A stretch of 63,183 bases of DNA, filler included, from Licmophora abbreviata (taxonomy: Eukaryota), in the NCBI GenBank assembly GCA_900291995.1. It is 4 parts of 4 records of this genome, joined end to end, with 100 filler letters (N's around TTAATTAATTAA, not from the genome) between each part and the next. Parts side by side here need not be neighbours in the genome. Positions count along the whole stretch, not along the records: positions 16,986 to 36,304 come from OLMU01003055.1; positions 36,405 to 46,733 come from OLMU01003057.1; 2 more parts are not named here. One strand, given 5' to 3'. The translations under genes were made by a program, and so were the position numbers. Below, piece by piece: positions 35,502 through 46,833 of this stretch. Below the pieces are notes generated by a model that saw only the letters and a list, made by a program, of their open reading frames with translations, was not told the DNA's origin and did not search any database. Every line of letters starts with the position of its first letter. Position 1 is the first letter of the stretch.

Positions 35502-36304
35502 TTAGTAGAACGCCGCGAATGTTGCATCGCTAAACTCTCCAAAGTTCATGCCCTCCTTCCATCGCGACTCCAGCGTCCGAACCGTCTTGGGCAAATGACT
35601 CGTATGTCGCTGTACATCTAAGACTGTTTTATTGGGAGGAAGCGCCATGTCACCATCGTGTTGTGGCTCCATGAATACCGCAAACGATTCCCGCGTGGTG
35701 GTGTTGTCTCCACGACACCCTCTCACAGCATGAGGCGTGGCTTGCAAGATGCCACCCGTGTGGATTTGAGACGTCTCGCCAATTTGAAACGCCAGCGTAG
35801 TGGCTTTCACGTGCACCAGGTCACCACGGCGCGATCGAATGTACAGACCGGCGGTATGGTCAGGACAGACAGTGTCATTGCCGTCGGCGTCAAAGTACAT
35901 TGCGGGAACTAACCCAGTTAGTGAGCCCTACAGAAGTGATGAAATAAGATTCACAATTGGTGCAAAGACTGAGATGATGAAACACATATCCGCCATCTTA
36001 ATAAAACGCCCTAAAACGCGACCCGATACCATACTTACATGATCATTGTGCCAGCCGCACCAATCGCTAAATCCCGAATCACCATCGCCGGCGGAAGCTT
36101 CCTTCGGTTCCATGGCAAAGTAGTGCAGCAGACGCGCCTTGCAATACATCGATTCTGTAAGGACCTGCTCCAATTTGTGCTCTGGGTAGTCGGGACACTT
36201 GCAGATCGAGTGCGCAAGAACTGTGTGAGGGTGGGAGGGCCGCTAGCACCATCAACAGAAGCGTTCGGCGTCCTACATACCTTACGCTTGACATAGGCAT
36301 CGCA
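35502..36304 (-). CDS. 2-oxoglutarate/Fe(II) dioxygenase, IPNS-like (5' truncated by spacer; intron ~35929-36039)
   Basis: KARLLHYF, WCGWHNDH|GSLTGL, FQIGETSQIHTGG.LQATPHAV, RESFAVFMEP. Confidence 0.88.
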
Positions 36305-36404
36305 NNNNNNNNNNNNNNNNNNNNNNNNNNNNNNNNNNNNNNNNNNNNTTAATTAATTAANNNNNNNNNNNNNNNNNNNNNNNNNNNNNNNNNNNNNNNN
36401 NNNN
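36305..36404. other. Artificial contig spacer
   Basis: N-run flanking TTAATTAATTAA, 100 nt. Confidence 0.97.
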
Positions 36405-38190
36405 CAGTCACCGTTCTCTCCCACTCACTAAGCTCCGCATGAATCAAACCAAAAGACACAGACAAGTCTCGACAGAATGGTAGCAGACGTTCCACCATGG
36501 CAGAACGATTCCAATCAGCCGTATTCTTCAATGCAGCCACACAAAAATGGCAAGTAAAATTGTCTCTACCATTGAGGAGTGGAGCCAACAGGACTGCAAC
36601 TCGGGGCTGATCGTGGTCCATGTTCACATGCCCAATAACACTTCCGAACTGTTGTGGTGTTAAACTTTCAAACACGAGTCGCCACGCAGGGTGTTGCATC
36701 TTTGAAGCGATGATTTCGCAGTCATTGATTGACGCCACCATTTCTTCTAGTAGACTAGCGAAAGAAGGGATGGTGGGAGGTGGCACTGGAACAATGTTGA
36801 CTAGCTGAGCACTTGGTTGTGGCGCGGCCGAGTCGTCCATCTCCCTCCCTCCAATAACAGTTGCTTCGCTTAGCGGAAGTAGAACAGACACGCCAGATAG
36901 ATCAATTCCCTCTGTATCGTCAGGGGCTGGTACCGCCGCAATCATTGGGACGTCCTGCGAGATTCGAAGCGCTGGTGCCGAGGCCCCCGTCGACGGGAGA
37001 CGTGGCAGGAAGGGCGTCGCAGTCTGCGACAATAACACTGGTGGAGTGCCGATTCGAAGTGGAATCTTCGTAGACAGATTATCCGTCATTTTCTTCGTGT
37101 TGAGATAGATCTTTAAGTAGTGCGTAATTGAGAGTACTGTGCCGACGTAGGTATCTCGAGCCCCCTGTGTTGTTGTTATGGGCAAAGTATGTTCGTGAGT
37201 GGCAATGACGACAATCATCAATATCTACAGAGGACGACCCACGACTTACTTCTGGAATCCTGAACCGAATCCTGTTGTTTGGGGATCGTAATGCATTATA
37301 AATTGGGAGGTAGTTAGCATTGTGGACTTCCGCAATCGACTCCTGTGATCTTGGTATGGATGACCTTGGCATTCCATCCGTTAGTAGTCCCGGAAGATTC
37401 ACATTTTGCTGTTGGAACAGTTCTCGCTTATTGCTTGCTCCCCTTCCCCGAGCAGTCCATTCGCAGAGCTCAACAAGCTTGATGTCTACATTCTGAATGT
37501 CTACAGAAGCGTTGTTGAGACAGGCCAGTGACACTTCGATCCATGATCCCTTGCCCACGTGGGTATCTGTGACTCCAGCGGCAAATGTTACGGCACCTTC
37601 TCCCTTTCCAAACGTTTTAATCTCCGTCGTTCGAGGCTCGAGAAAGCACGGAACTTGAACGTTTGGCAAAGGCGCTGACTTGATTTTCACTGCAGTCCTT
37701 GGCCCGTGCACGCTCCCTATACTGGCTTGGGCCTTGTAACGTACCGTGCAATGGCTCCCCCCAATCTCCACGTATGACGAGGCCGGCAAGGAGTCTGGTA
37801 AGTTTACGGAAAACGGAAAGTAATGGGTCCCCGGGTCAATGTATTGATTGCTCAGATCTTGCAAGACCAGCTGCGTCTGGAAGAACTGTCGAGAGCCCCA
37901 GAAGCCGTCTTTGCCTCGCTTCACGAAGCTTTTTTCCTTGCCATGGAGCACGACAACTATCGGGGCTCCTGCCACTCGCTTTTTCACGACTGCCGTCACA
38001 CGCCCTCTCAGTGGATATCCTGCACGCCGGACTGTACGTGATCGAGAAGTTAGGCAATGTGTCAGCGCCACTGCGAAGCGAAAGTATTTATTGCTTCCGA
38101 AAGTCGTTCATCATCGCGCAAAATATCATTCGTACCATCCAGACCATCGTCTCGCTCAAACGTGACAGACAGAGCCACTGCATTCCCCAT
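36405..38190 (-). CDS. Arrestin-fold protein with C-terminal helical domain, paralogue 3 (two introns; 3' truncated)
   Basis: MGNAV start, GTHYFPFSVNLPDSLPAS, VPCFLEP, DTHVGKG, LACLNNASV, ITHYLKIYLNT; C-terminus closely matches 2547-4672 (DQPRVAVLLAP, WNRSAMVERLLPFCRDL, ELSEWE). Confidence 0.82.
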
Positions 38191-38618
38191 GGTGATCTAT
38201 GCAGGGAGACTGTTGTAGGGCATGCACATCAAGTAAGGGAAACAACACATCAAATCCGCTGCTGTGATGCCAAAGCCACATCATCGTGATGGCCAGATCG
38301 CGTCGCCGCGGCTTCGCATCACGGCGACAAAAAGACAAAACATAATCAGCACCCGCGACTGGAACTCGTGACTCCACCGTGACTCAGATTGAAGATCTCT
38401 CGTGACTAGATCGACTCAGTCGACTCTCATTCGGTTTTGGCGGGCGGCGGACAGGCAGTTGACGATAGGGCCATCCATCCCGCGCGGCGAAATTGAACAG
38501 AATAAATAGACCACTCGAAGACATCAACAGCCATGAGCCATCAGCAACCTGCACACTTATTCACCACTGACAACGCTCATTTTCTTTTGTGTCTGCTTGA
38601 ACTCATCCCAAGTAGGAA

Positions 38619-40397
38619 ATGAGAAAGCTGGACTGTCAATTCATGGCGTTTCTTCTTGTATGGACGTCTTCCCGCTCGAGAATAACATCATCGGCTCCCA
38701 TGATGCTCTTCTGTGCCGACGCCTTCGTATCGCGTTCGTCGTCCGTACGAAACAATCGTAAGATGGGGCTGAATCGACGATATGTTGCTTCTTCATCAGA
38801 ATCTGTCGCATCGGGGGAAGAATCCTCGAAACTGATCAATTTGCACACCATCCCGAAAGAGGAGCTCGAGACGATTATTGAATCCTGGAACTACCCCAAG
38901 TATCGTGCACAGCAGATCCATACTCATATTCGCCAAGGCATCACGTCCGTGGACGACATGAGCAATCTTCCCGAGCAGCTTCGCCAAGAACTGAAGCAGT
39001 TTTCGTGCATTGGCAGTCTGACTCTAGATACGGAACTCATTAGTGCAAAGGATGGAACCAAGAAACGCGCCTATCGATTGCACGATGGACAGCTCATTGA
39101 AAGTGTCTTGATGCCCTACAAAGACGGTCGTTACACGGCGTGTATCAGTTCCCAAGCAGGCTGTGCCATGGGGTGTCAGTTTTGCGCCACTGGACAAATG
39201 GGCTTTGCTCGTCAGCTATCCTCGGATGAGATTTTTGAACAGGTCTCGAGGTTTGCGGCGGAACTGCGAGCGGACAATCAGAAGCGACTCTCCAATGTCG
39301 TCTTCATGGGCATGGGCGAGCCACTTGCGAACTATAGGAATGTTATCAAGGCGGTGAATCGCATAACGAGCGAGTTGGGGATTGGGGCACGAAAAATTAC
39401 AATTAGTACCGTCGGCGTCGTTCCCAACATTCGCAAGCTCATTCATGACCCCAACGTCCCGCAAGTACGATTGGCGGTGTCCTTGCATTGCGCATCCGAC
39501 GAGGAGCGATCTGCCTTGTTGCCGGCCAATGCGAGATATGGAGGGTTGCACGAACTCATGACGACACTGCAGGAGTACATTACAACGTCAGGGCGTCGAT
39601 TGACGTTCGAATGGGCGCTTATTGAAGGACAAAACGATCATCCCGTGAATGCGCACCAATTGGGCAAACTCCTGACGCGCGACTACCAACTTCGCCGTGA
39701 TATGATGCACATTAACGTCATTCCGTTGAACCCAACGGGTGGGTATGCAGGGAGTCCGAGTGGACGTTCGCGTGTGAACCAATTCATTCAAATACTGGAA
39801 AAAGACTACAGTATTTCGACTACACCACGTGTTCGACGGGGTATTGATATTGCCGCTGGATGTGGGCAGTTAACTTCCAGCATTGAGAAGAAGAACCAAG
39901 AAAAAGACTCATCAGTCAAGAAAGAGTTACAGTCTTTCATCGAGAGTGCAGTACCTCCCGTGGTGGATGTCTACGACAAAGACGATCGTGTTGACGAGTC
40001 GTCACAATCGTCTAATAGTAGCCCGAGCTCAAGAGAAGTCGTCGACTTCTCCGTTGACACTGCCGCAGTGGACTTTGAAAGTGAGGAGTGGCAGGACCCT
40101 GAGTTTGACTCGGAATGGGAACAGCAAGAGGCGGCTCGCCTCATTTCGCTTGTACAGGACTCTGTCATACCAACATCGTCGTTAGATTCTAAGAAGACGA
40201 CTTCCATAACGAACAATGATGCACTTGTCGACGCCAAACGACGACGGAGAAAGATACTGAAGAATCTCAAGGCCATTCAGAAACTACGAGAAAGGTCAGC
40301 GTCTGGGTGGACGTTAAACGAAGAGCAGCTTACCAAGATTGCAAGAGAAGACGAATGGAAATCGGAACTTGAAAGTGTCCAGCACAATCTCCAGTAG
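38619..40397 (+). CDS. rlmN: Radical SAM RNA methyltransferase, RlmN/Cfr family, probably plastid-targeted
   Basis: CISSQAGCAMGCQFCATG (CxxxCxxC), VFMGMGEPL, VSLH, INVIPLNP, RRGIDIAAGCGQL; N-terminal CADA-FV cleavage motif then Ser/Arg-rich transit. Confidence 0.9.
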   Translation: MRKLDCQFMAFLLVWTSSRSRITSSAPMMLFCADAFVSRSSSVRNNRKMGLNRRYVASSSESVASGEESSKLINLHTIPKEELETIIESWNYPKYRAQQIHTHIRQGITSVDDMSNLPEQLRQELKQFSCIGSLTLDTELISAKDGTKKRAYRLHDGQLIESVLMPYKDGRYTACISSQAGCAMGCQFCATGQMGFARQLSSDEIFEQVSRFAAELRADNQKRLSNVVFMGMGEPLANYRNVIKAVNRITSELGIGARKITISTVGVVPNIRKLIHDPNVPQVRLAVSLHCASDEERSALLPANARYGGLHELMTTLQEYITTSGRRLTFEWALIEGQNDHPVNAHQLGKLLTRDYQLRRDMMHINVIPLNPTGGYAGSPSGRSRVNQFIQILEKDYSISTTPRVRRGIDIAAGCGQLTSSIEKKNQEKDSSVKKELQSFIESAVPPVVDVYDKDDRVDESSQSSNSSPSSREVVDFSVDTAAVDFESEEWQDPEFDSEWEQQEAARLISLVQDSVIPTSSLDSKKTTSITNNDALVDAKRRRRKILKNLKAIQKLRERSASGWTLNEEQLTKIAREDEWKSELESVQHNLQ

Positions 40398-40435
40398 TAG
40401 GAGGCTCTATTTTACCATTTCCAGTCTTTTGTAGT

Positions 40436-41211
40436 CTACAAGTCATCCAGCTCCATCGTTCCGCCGCATTCCGCTCTTTCGGATCGATCGTATCCCTGAT
40501 CAAAGCGATTCAGAGGAAAGTGTGGCGTCACCCCTTGCTGATTCCTCGTGACGTTCTCCGCGTCGTTCATCGGATCCGTCGACCCTCCACTCCCATACTC
40601 ATTCATCTGATGCTGCTCACACTGAGGCAAGGCGTGAATTAGAAAGTGCAGCAGATCTCCAAGCTGCTGAGTAGGTGTCCACTGCGCATACACCAGTGCA
40701 TCGAAGGGCGCCTGCAAGTGCGCATGCTCCGACAAAGCCACATGGATGCTGTGAATGGTCGGGTGCACTACTCGCGACACGGCAGGGGGCTAGGCACAAT
40801 ATAAGAACGAGGAGGCACAAGAGCGAGGTGAGCTTCGCTTGTCATCTGCAAAACTTTCGAGTTCATAAGACTACTCTTGCATCGACATACCGAATGGGGA
40901 TACAGGCGCGGTAGCTGAATCCAGACTTGATACTGTTGCGGGAACGTAAGGAGCATCCGCAGCGGGTCGTTCGTTTTTTCCATAAGGACACTCCCAGGTC
41001 GCCACATCCATCGCCGCTCATTCACCGACGTCCATCCATAGTGAGACAGCTGGTCGAGGTCAGTCGCCAACCGCAGTTCGCCTGGCGTCGTCGCCTGTCG
41101 TATACGCTTGTTGCTATGGCCGCCGTGTACAGGATGGTCGTAGTCGAAGGCTTCGTCCTGGAGCATAATGTCTTGAGAAGAGGACGGCGACGCCCTCCAC
41201 ATTCGTTTCAT
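40436..41211 (-). CDS. Hypothetical protein with possible UBC/RWD-like fold (intron 40790-40890)
   Basis: TPGELRLATDLDQL helix; spliced VWIQLPRLYPHSPPAV; WTPTQQLGDLLHFLI resembles the E2 W-x-P motif; no catalytic HPN..C seen. Confidence 0.55.
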
Positions 41212-41586
41212 GGTCAAGACTCAAAGGGGAACTCGAAATGGCGAGAGGGGTACGATCGCAAGTGATTCAGATAGAGAAACAATGGTCGCGGTGCCGCTGC
41301 AATGTCCATGGTGGACATACGTCTCGACCAGGTTTTCATGTGCTTCTGGTCTCGACGCACCACGCACACACACAACGCGCCGACGATGACGAAGCAGACG
41401 GCGGAGGATGGACAGACTGGATGAATCGAATCATCGCCATGATAGCAATCTTTGGAAAGAGGGAGATAGGACGAAAGCGTTGTCATTCGTTCTATGTTAA
41501 CCAAGGCTGACACATCTATAGGATGAAGTCGAGGCACTGTATGTCATGCGCATAGATCAATAGATACGAGATAACATTACAAAGAA

Positions 41587-44500
41587 TTAATCGGTTGGTT
41601 CGCAGTCGCTGCAGCATGCGCATGCAAACCGGTCGCAGTCGACAAGCACTTCTTCCAACAAGTGCGTCTCCACGAGCTCACAAACTTCATCGGGCATGAC
41701 TCCTCCCAATAAATTGTCTTCCAGATCGAGAGAGATGAGATTGAGTAGTTGGCCGAACTCAGTGGGGATAGTTCCTCGGAGGTCGTTGTCGATCATCCAC
41801 AGCAGCTCTAGATTGACTAGCTGACCAAGTTCAGTGGGAAGCGTCCCATCGATAGAATTGATTGATAAGTCCAGCGCCAAGAGGTTTCCTAGATTTCCAA
41901 GCTCCGTGGCAAGGCTTCCTGTGAGCGTGTTGTTCGCTAGCCACAGCCCTTCTAGTTGCGTAAGGAGTCCAAACTCGCTAGGAACAGTTCCGAATAATGA
42001 GTTTCCTTCCAGCGTCAACTCAAGCAGTAGCCTCAGGTTACCCCACTGGGCCGGGATTGTACTAGATATCCTTGCGTTATCGAGAAACAAGATCTCGAGA
42101 TTCGTAAGGAGACCATACTCGCTCGGCAACTGTCCATTCACGAGAGTGAAGTCTAGATCGAGTTGGCTCAGTGACGAAAGTGTCGAGAACTCTATGGGGA
42201 GCGTTCCACTCAAGCCGGTCTTGAAGCCGCTAAGAATCTCCAAGTTACCCAGGAGCCCAATCTCTGATGGCAGCTGGCCGGAAATATCCGATTCTCCCAA
42301 ATAGATTTCGACGAGCGCAGACATGTCACCAATCTGAGTTGGGACCGCGCCAGTGAACAAGTTTCCTTCCAGAACAAAAGATTGCAGTTTCGTCAAATTC
42401 GAAACAGAGGGCGGAATAGCTCCCGACATCGAATTATTCCACAAGGACAAGGTTCTCAGTCCGACAAGATCACCAATCCATGAGGGGATAGCGCCCAGGA
42501 CCCTGTTGCCAGTGACATCAAACACTTGTAACGCGGAAAGTAGATATAAGTCCGTAGTTTCGAGACTCCCGTCCAAGCCGTTGCCGCTCAGATCCAAGCT
42601 CAACAACTCATCTTTGACGCACACCGCAGTGTCCAAAGGTACATTGAACCACTCGCACTCGTTGGTATCGGAAAGCCATCCGTCTGAAGAGATCCAGACT
42701 TCGTCGCCGCGCGTCGCATAGTACAGAGTCGCAAGTGCGTAGCGCTGCAATCGACGCGAACTCGAGTATGTATCCAACATAGCGGACATCTCCAACCACC
42801 GAAATGCTTTTGCCTGCGGCGAGTCTGGGTCGTCCAGCAAGGCCTGCAACGATTCTGGTTTCAGTCGAGCTCTCAGAAGTGCTTCTACGGAGTCAAACTC
42901 AGTGCTGGACGAATTCGTGCCTGTACAGCCAGTACAGCATTCACACTGAACTGAATCACAGTCGACAAGAATTTCTTCCAGAAGATCCGTTACCGTCAAC
43001 GCGCACACTTCATCTGGCATATTCCCGCCCAGATTAGTGTCTTCAATGTCAAACTCCTCGAGACTCGTGAGCCTGCCAAACTCAGTAGGCACTGTTCCTT
43101 GAAGGGGATTGTTGTAGAGCCACATGAACCGCAAAAAGGCAAGATTTCCAAGCTCTGTCGGCAGCGTTCCGTTAAGAGAATTCAATCCCATGTATAAGAA
43201 GGTAAGATCATCCATGCTTCCGAATTCCGTGGGTACGGTTCCCGTTAGATTGTTTGTCGCTAGCGCAATATCCTCCAGAGATCTACAAAGTGCAAGCTCG
43301 GTTGGAATAGTTCCGTACAGCTGGTTACGTTCCATAGTCAAATCGCGTAACGATATCATGTTCCCCCACTCGCTCGGAATTGTGCTGACTAGTCCTGCAG
43401 CATCGATGTAGAGTGTTTCAAGGTTCTGTAGCAGTCCAAGCTCTGTCGGCAGTTCTCCTTTCACAACAGTTTCGTCCAAGTTAAGAACAATCAGAGACGA
43501 CAAATTCGAAAATTCCACGGGGATTGTGCCGCTCACATCGCTCGCTAGTACGTCGAATACCTCCAAGTTTGTCAAGAGACCAAGCTCGGACGGGAGCTGG
43601 CCCTCTAGATTCGTCTCGCCAAAGTAAAGATCTAGCAAACTCGACAGACTACCGAGTTGAGAAGGAACTCCACCAACAAAGAAGTTCGCTTGCAGGTCCA
43701 AAAATTTGAGGCTTTCCAGCCTCAGGAGAGACATTGGGATCAGCCCAGACATAAGATTTTTCCAAACAATGAGATTCTGGAGTTGTGAGAGATCACCGAT
43801 CCATGAGGGAATGAAGCCAGTCACAGCATTGCTGGTAATGTCTATCACTTGCAAGGACGACAACAGATACAAGTCCGCATTTTCGAGTCTTCCTTCCAAT
43901 CGGTTGCTGACAAGCTCCAAGTTCGTGTATGTTCCATTAGAGCATGCTTCGCCGTCCGCTGTCGTGTACCATTCACATTCATCAGTGTCCGACATCCAAC
44001 CGTCAGACGAAACCCAAACATCTGCGTCGCCACGAGTTTCAAAGTAAAACGTTGCTAGCGCGTACCGCTGTAGGCGACGTCCTTCCGAGTAGCTCTTCAA
44101 ATCAGGCGAGTCTCGTAACCATCGAAAAGCTTTCCTTTGTGACGACCCTTGATTACTTATCAATGATTGCCTTGACTGTTGATTCAGCTTGGATAATAGC
44201 AGTGTCCCCAGAGGACCATCCAGTTCATCACCAGGGCGCTCTCCCCCACCTCCTCCTCCGGGGGGCATGGTTCTCTCAGGCCCTGGATCTGACGATTCCT
44301 CTTCTTCATCACCGCCACCGCCTCCCGACAATCCAACGACCAGCCCCACGATGGTCCCAATGAGTACAATTGCGACGATTGCAAGAACAATTCGAACTGA
44401 CCGGTGTTTGAGGAGTTGGCGTACCGAGTGCATAGCCGACATGTCCTCCATTGGCGTTGCCTCAATAATTTTGGAGGATTCTCTCGATACTACGGGAGCT

Positions 44501-45240
44501 TCTCGCTGCCGTGAAACACTGTTGTCCACCAGCTCCGCATTGACGACATGCGGGGAGGTGCTCTCACCAGTCAGGTTGCTGTTGGAGTCTTCAGGTGCAG
44601 CATCATCGGGTAATTGAGACGCACTTGTCGCCGTGGGCCCCCTGACTTGAAACGCCCCTGGGGAGGAAACGCCACCGCCACCGCCCCGCTCCAAGCGCGG
44701 TGGGAAGGAAGCCAATATTTCTGTCTGACTTCGGATCAAAGGGTGTGCATCTGGAGCTTCAGCTCCTTCCTCGACTTTCTCTTCGTCTATCACGGCACTT
44801 TGCTTTTTGCTTTCCCCTACTGTTTCGTCGGAAATCACTTTTTTCAGGTCTCCATCGACAAGTTCAGTAAGAGAAACTCCAGCGGCCGCCGCTTTTTCAA
44901 ACTCTTCCGTAGCTTCTTGTCTGCCAGAGCTCACTTTCTTTATCCCTCCGTCAACCTGCATTTCACCCGATCTGTCAGTTTTGCAATTTTCTTTCTTAGC
45001 ACTGTCTTCCTTCTCAGCGTCGAGTACGTACGACACTGCCTGATGACGCAATGCAAGGGTCTCCGCTGACGGTCTTCGGTCATCACTTCGTCTAGTCGTG
45101 TCCTCCGATACCGAATCTCCTTCTTCAGCGCTCTCCTGGATTTCATCAGGTGCACTTGGCTCGTTAGGTGCACTGGGCTCGTCAGGATCAGGCGCTTCTT
45201 CCTCTTCAGGCGACTTTTCGCTGCCGTTCCTGTTCTCCAT
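41587..45240 (-). CDS. Type II membrane LRR receptor-like protein with two tandem LRR ectodomain modules
   Basis: Disordered N-terminus, TM IVLAIVAIVLIGTIVGLVVGL, two QRYALAT..GW.SD..ECEW caps, 24-aa plant-type LRRs (N.L.GTIP.ELG.L) and CxxxxCxCCxxC end caps; no kinase domain. Confidence 0.92.
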   Translation of the reverse strand: MENRNGSEKSPEEEEAPDPDEPSAPNEPSAPDEIQESAEEGDSVSEDTTRRSDDRRPSAETLALRHQAVSYVLDAEKEDSAKKENCKTDRSGEMQVDGGIKKVSSGRQEATEEFEKAAAAGVSLTELVDGDLKKVISDETVGESKKQSAVIDEEKVEEGAEAPDAHPLIRSQTEILASFPPRLERGGGGGVSSPGAFQVRGPTATSASQLPDDAAPEDSNSNLTGESTSPHVVNAELVDNSVSRQREAPVVSRESSKIIEATPMEDMSAMHSVRQLLKHRSVRIVLAIVAIVLIGTIVGLVVGLSGGGGGDEEEESSDPGPERTMPPGGGGGGERPGDELDGPLGTLLLSKLNQQSRQSLISNQGSSQRKAFRWLRDSPDLKSYSEGRRLQRYALATFYFETRGDADVWVSSDGWMSDTDECEWYTTADGEACSNGTYTNLELVSNRLEGRLENADLYLLSSLQVIDITSNAVTGFIPSWIGDLSQLQNLIVWKNLMSGLIPMSLLRLESLKFLDLQANFFVGGVPSQLGSLSSLLDLYFGETNLEGQLPSELGLLTNLEVFDVLASDVSGTIPVEFSNLSSLIVLNLDETVVKGELPTELGLLQNLETLYIDAAGLVSTIPSEWGNMISLRDLTMERNQLYGTIPTELALCRSLEDIALATNNLTGTVPTEFGSMDDLTFLYMGLNSLNGTLPTELGNLAFLRFMWLYNNPLQGTVPTEFGRLTSLEEFDIEDTNLGGNMPDEVCALTVTDLLEEILVDCDSVQCECCTGCTGTNSSSTEFDSVEALLRARLKPESLQALLDDPDSPQAKAFRWLEMSAMLDTYSSSRRLQRYALATLYYATRGDEVWISSDGWLSDTNECEWFNVPLDTAVCVKDELLSLDLSGNGLDGSLETTDLYLLSALQVFDVTGNRVLGAIPSWIGDLVGLRTLSLWNNSMSGAIPPSVSNLTKLQSFVLEGNLFTGAVPTQIGDMSALVEIYLGESDISGQLPSEIGLLGNLEILSGFKTGLSGTLPIEFSTLSSLSQLDLDFTLVNGQLPSEYGLLTNLEILFLDNARISSTIPAQWGNLRLLLELTLEGNSLFGTVPSEFGLLTQLEGLWLANNTLTGSLATELGNLGNLLALDLSINSIDGTLPTELGQLVNLELLWMIDNDLRGTIPTEFGQLLNLISLDLEDNLLGGVMPDEVCELVETHLLEEVLVDCDRFACACCSDCEPTD

Positions 45241-45613
45241 CTTCAATCTCTTTTTGGTAAGATTGAAAAAGTCAAAAGTGTCCACACCACAGTGGATGCC
45301 GCTTCCTCAAACTCCGCGCCGTTGAGAGCACGCCGGCGCAGTAAACTCTTTGCGAGCCCGTCAGGCCGTAGCACCTGTCCGATGCCGGTCTGTCGCTCAA
45401 TCAGGCCTCTCTCTGTCCTCCGTGTGACGATGCCCTCGCCGCGTGACCCCTAGGAATACACAGCTATACTTAGCTAATGGAGGGTTGGATCGAGCCCGAA
45501 GGCAAAGTCGTTTTCTAGTAACAAATGCCCGAAGCTCTTTCCAGCTGCAAGAAGAGCTTCTAGCTATCGCGGTGCCTGTCTCGACCAGCCTCCAATACTA
45601 AAGGTTCTGAAAT

Positions 45614-46447
45614 CTAGTCCTTGAGGCCCGGTGCGCCATACTTGATCCGTACAACCCCCTTCTTGTTTTTGATTCCTGTTATTCCCCATCCGCGTTCCTT
45701 CAATTCGGCAGTACTCTTCACGTGCGTCCCCCCGCAGGGGCATGCCCAACCGGCGACCGTGACGATTCGAATATCCGCGTCTCCTGTTCCGGCCATGTCC
45801 ACATTGGCAGGGAACTTGTCACAGAGTCGTTCCGCATCGTCCTTTGGGAGTGATTGAATCTCTGTGAGAATATCTTCTTCGACCAGTTCCGCAAACGCCA
45901 CTTTTAACTTGGCCAACAGCGTCGCACGTTCTTCGACAGGAATGTTGCCCTTGTACTCGACGTAGGGCCCGTCGAGAAAATGATAGCCTTTCGTAGGAGG
46001 CAAGATTCGATCGCACCGTGCCATAGCTGAGTCTACCACGTGACCTGCTGTATGACACTCTGAAAGAATGCGGCGTCTAGTAGCATCCACCGAAACATGT
46101 ACCGTAGATCCCTCGCTCAAGATCGTCATTGGTTCACTCGTCATCGTCGCCGCCATTGTGCCCGTGTGATAGACAACTCCTGTTTCTCGATCCACCATCA
46201 CTTTGGAAACATTCATGACTTCCGTCCCTTCCAGGGTGATTGTTCCAATATCTGTGGGCTGGCCACCGCCCTGCGGATGCATCGTGGTGCGATCCAAACT
46301 CACTTGGACAGTCGGCGACGAGTCGTTTCCATTCTCAATTACTTGACAACACAACACGTTGGCACTACAGTCCAACTGAAAATTCCCTTCGTACGAAAGG
46401 TGAATCAGCTCTGTGGGGGGCGGAGGAGGAGTCGATTCGGCCGTCAT
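45614..46447 (-). CDS. Free-standing alanyl-tRNA editing protein (AlaX family)
   Basis: LDRTTMHPQGGGQPTDIG, HTAGH and CGGTH Zn-binding motifs. Confidence 0.9.
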   Translation of the reverse strand: MTAESTPPPPPTELIHLSYEGNFQLDCSANVLCCQVIENGNDSSPTVQVSLDRTTMHPQGGGQPTDIGTITLEGTEVMNVSKVMVDRETGVVYHTGTMAATMTSEPMTILSEGSTVHVSVDATRRRILSECHTAGHVVDSAMARCDRILPPTKGYHFLDGPYVEYKGNIPVEERATLLAKLKVAFAELVEEDILTEIQSLPKDDAERLCDKFPANVDMAGTGDADIRIVTVAGWACPCGGTHVKSTAELKERGWGITGIKNKKGVVRIKYGAPGLKD

Positions 46448-46733
46448 TGTCGTATCGCCGCTTCGCTGTGACGTCCTCGTCAGATGATGTGTGTTCGCCG
46501 CCGCTCATCGCGTCGCGCTGTTCTGTTTTGTTCGAGTGCGCGCGCTCATCGCGATGTTGCTTTCCCGTTCTGGGTGTTTTGTTGTGTGTTTGGTGTTCAA
46601 GAGGTCACTGCATATCGGAATGTTCTCAGCTCTGGGGTGGGTGATGCCACACGACTCCTGCAACCAGCCAGATTGAAGCTACATTTATTAGAGGCCAAAG
46701 CAACACTGTGAACTATTTGCCCGTATGTATGAT

Positions 46734-46833
46734 NNNNNNNNNNNNNNNNNNNNNNNNNNNNNNNNNNNNNNNNNNNNTTAATTAATTAANNNNNNNNNNN
46801 NNNNNNNNNNNNNNNNNNNNNNNNNNNNNNNNN
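46734..46833. other. Artificial contig spacer
   Basis: N-run flanking TTAATTAATTAA, 100 nt. Confidence 0.97.

Noticed and set aside
38619..39870. Cfr antibiotic resistance gene
   Set aside because: Has a eukaryotic targeting presequence and no mobile context; housekeeping RlmN-like is more plausible, though RlmN and Cfr cannot be separated rigorously without a phylogeny
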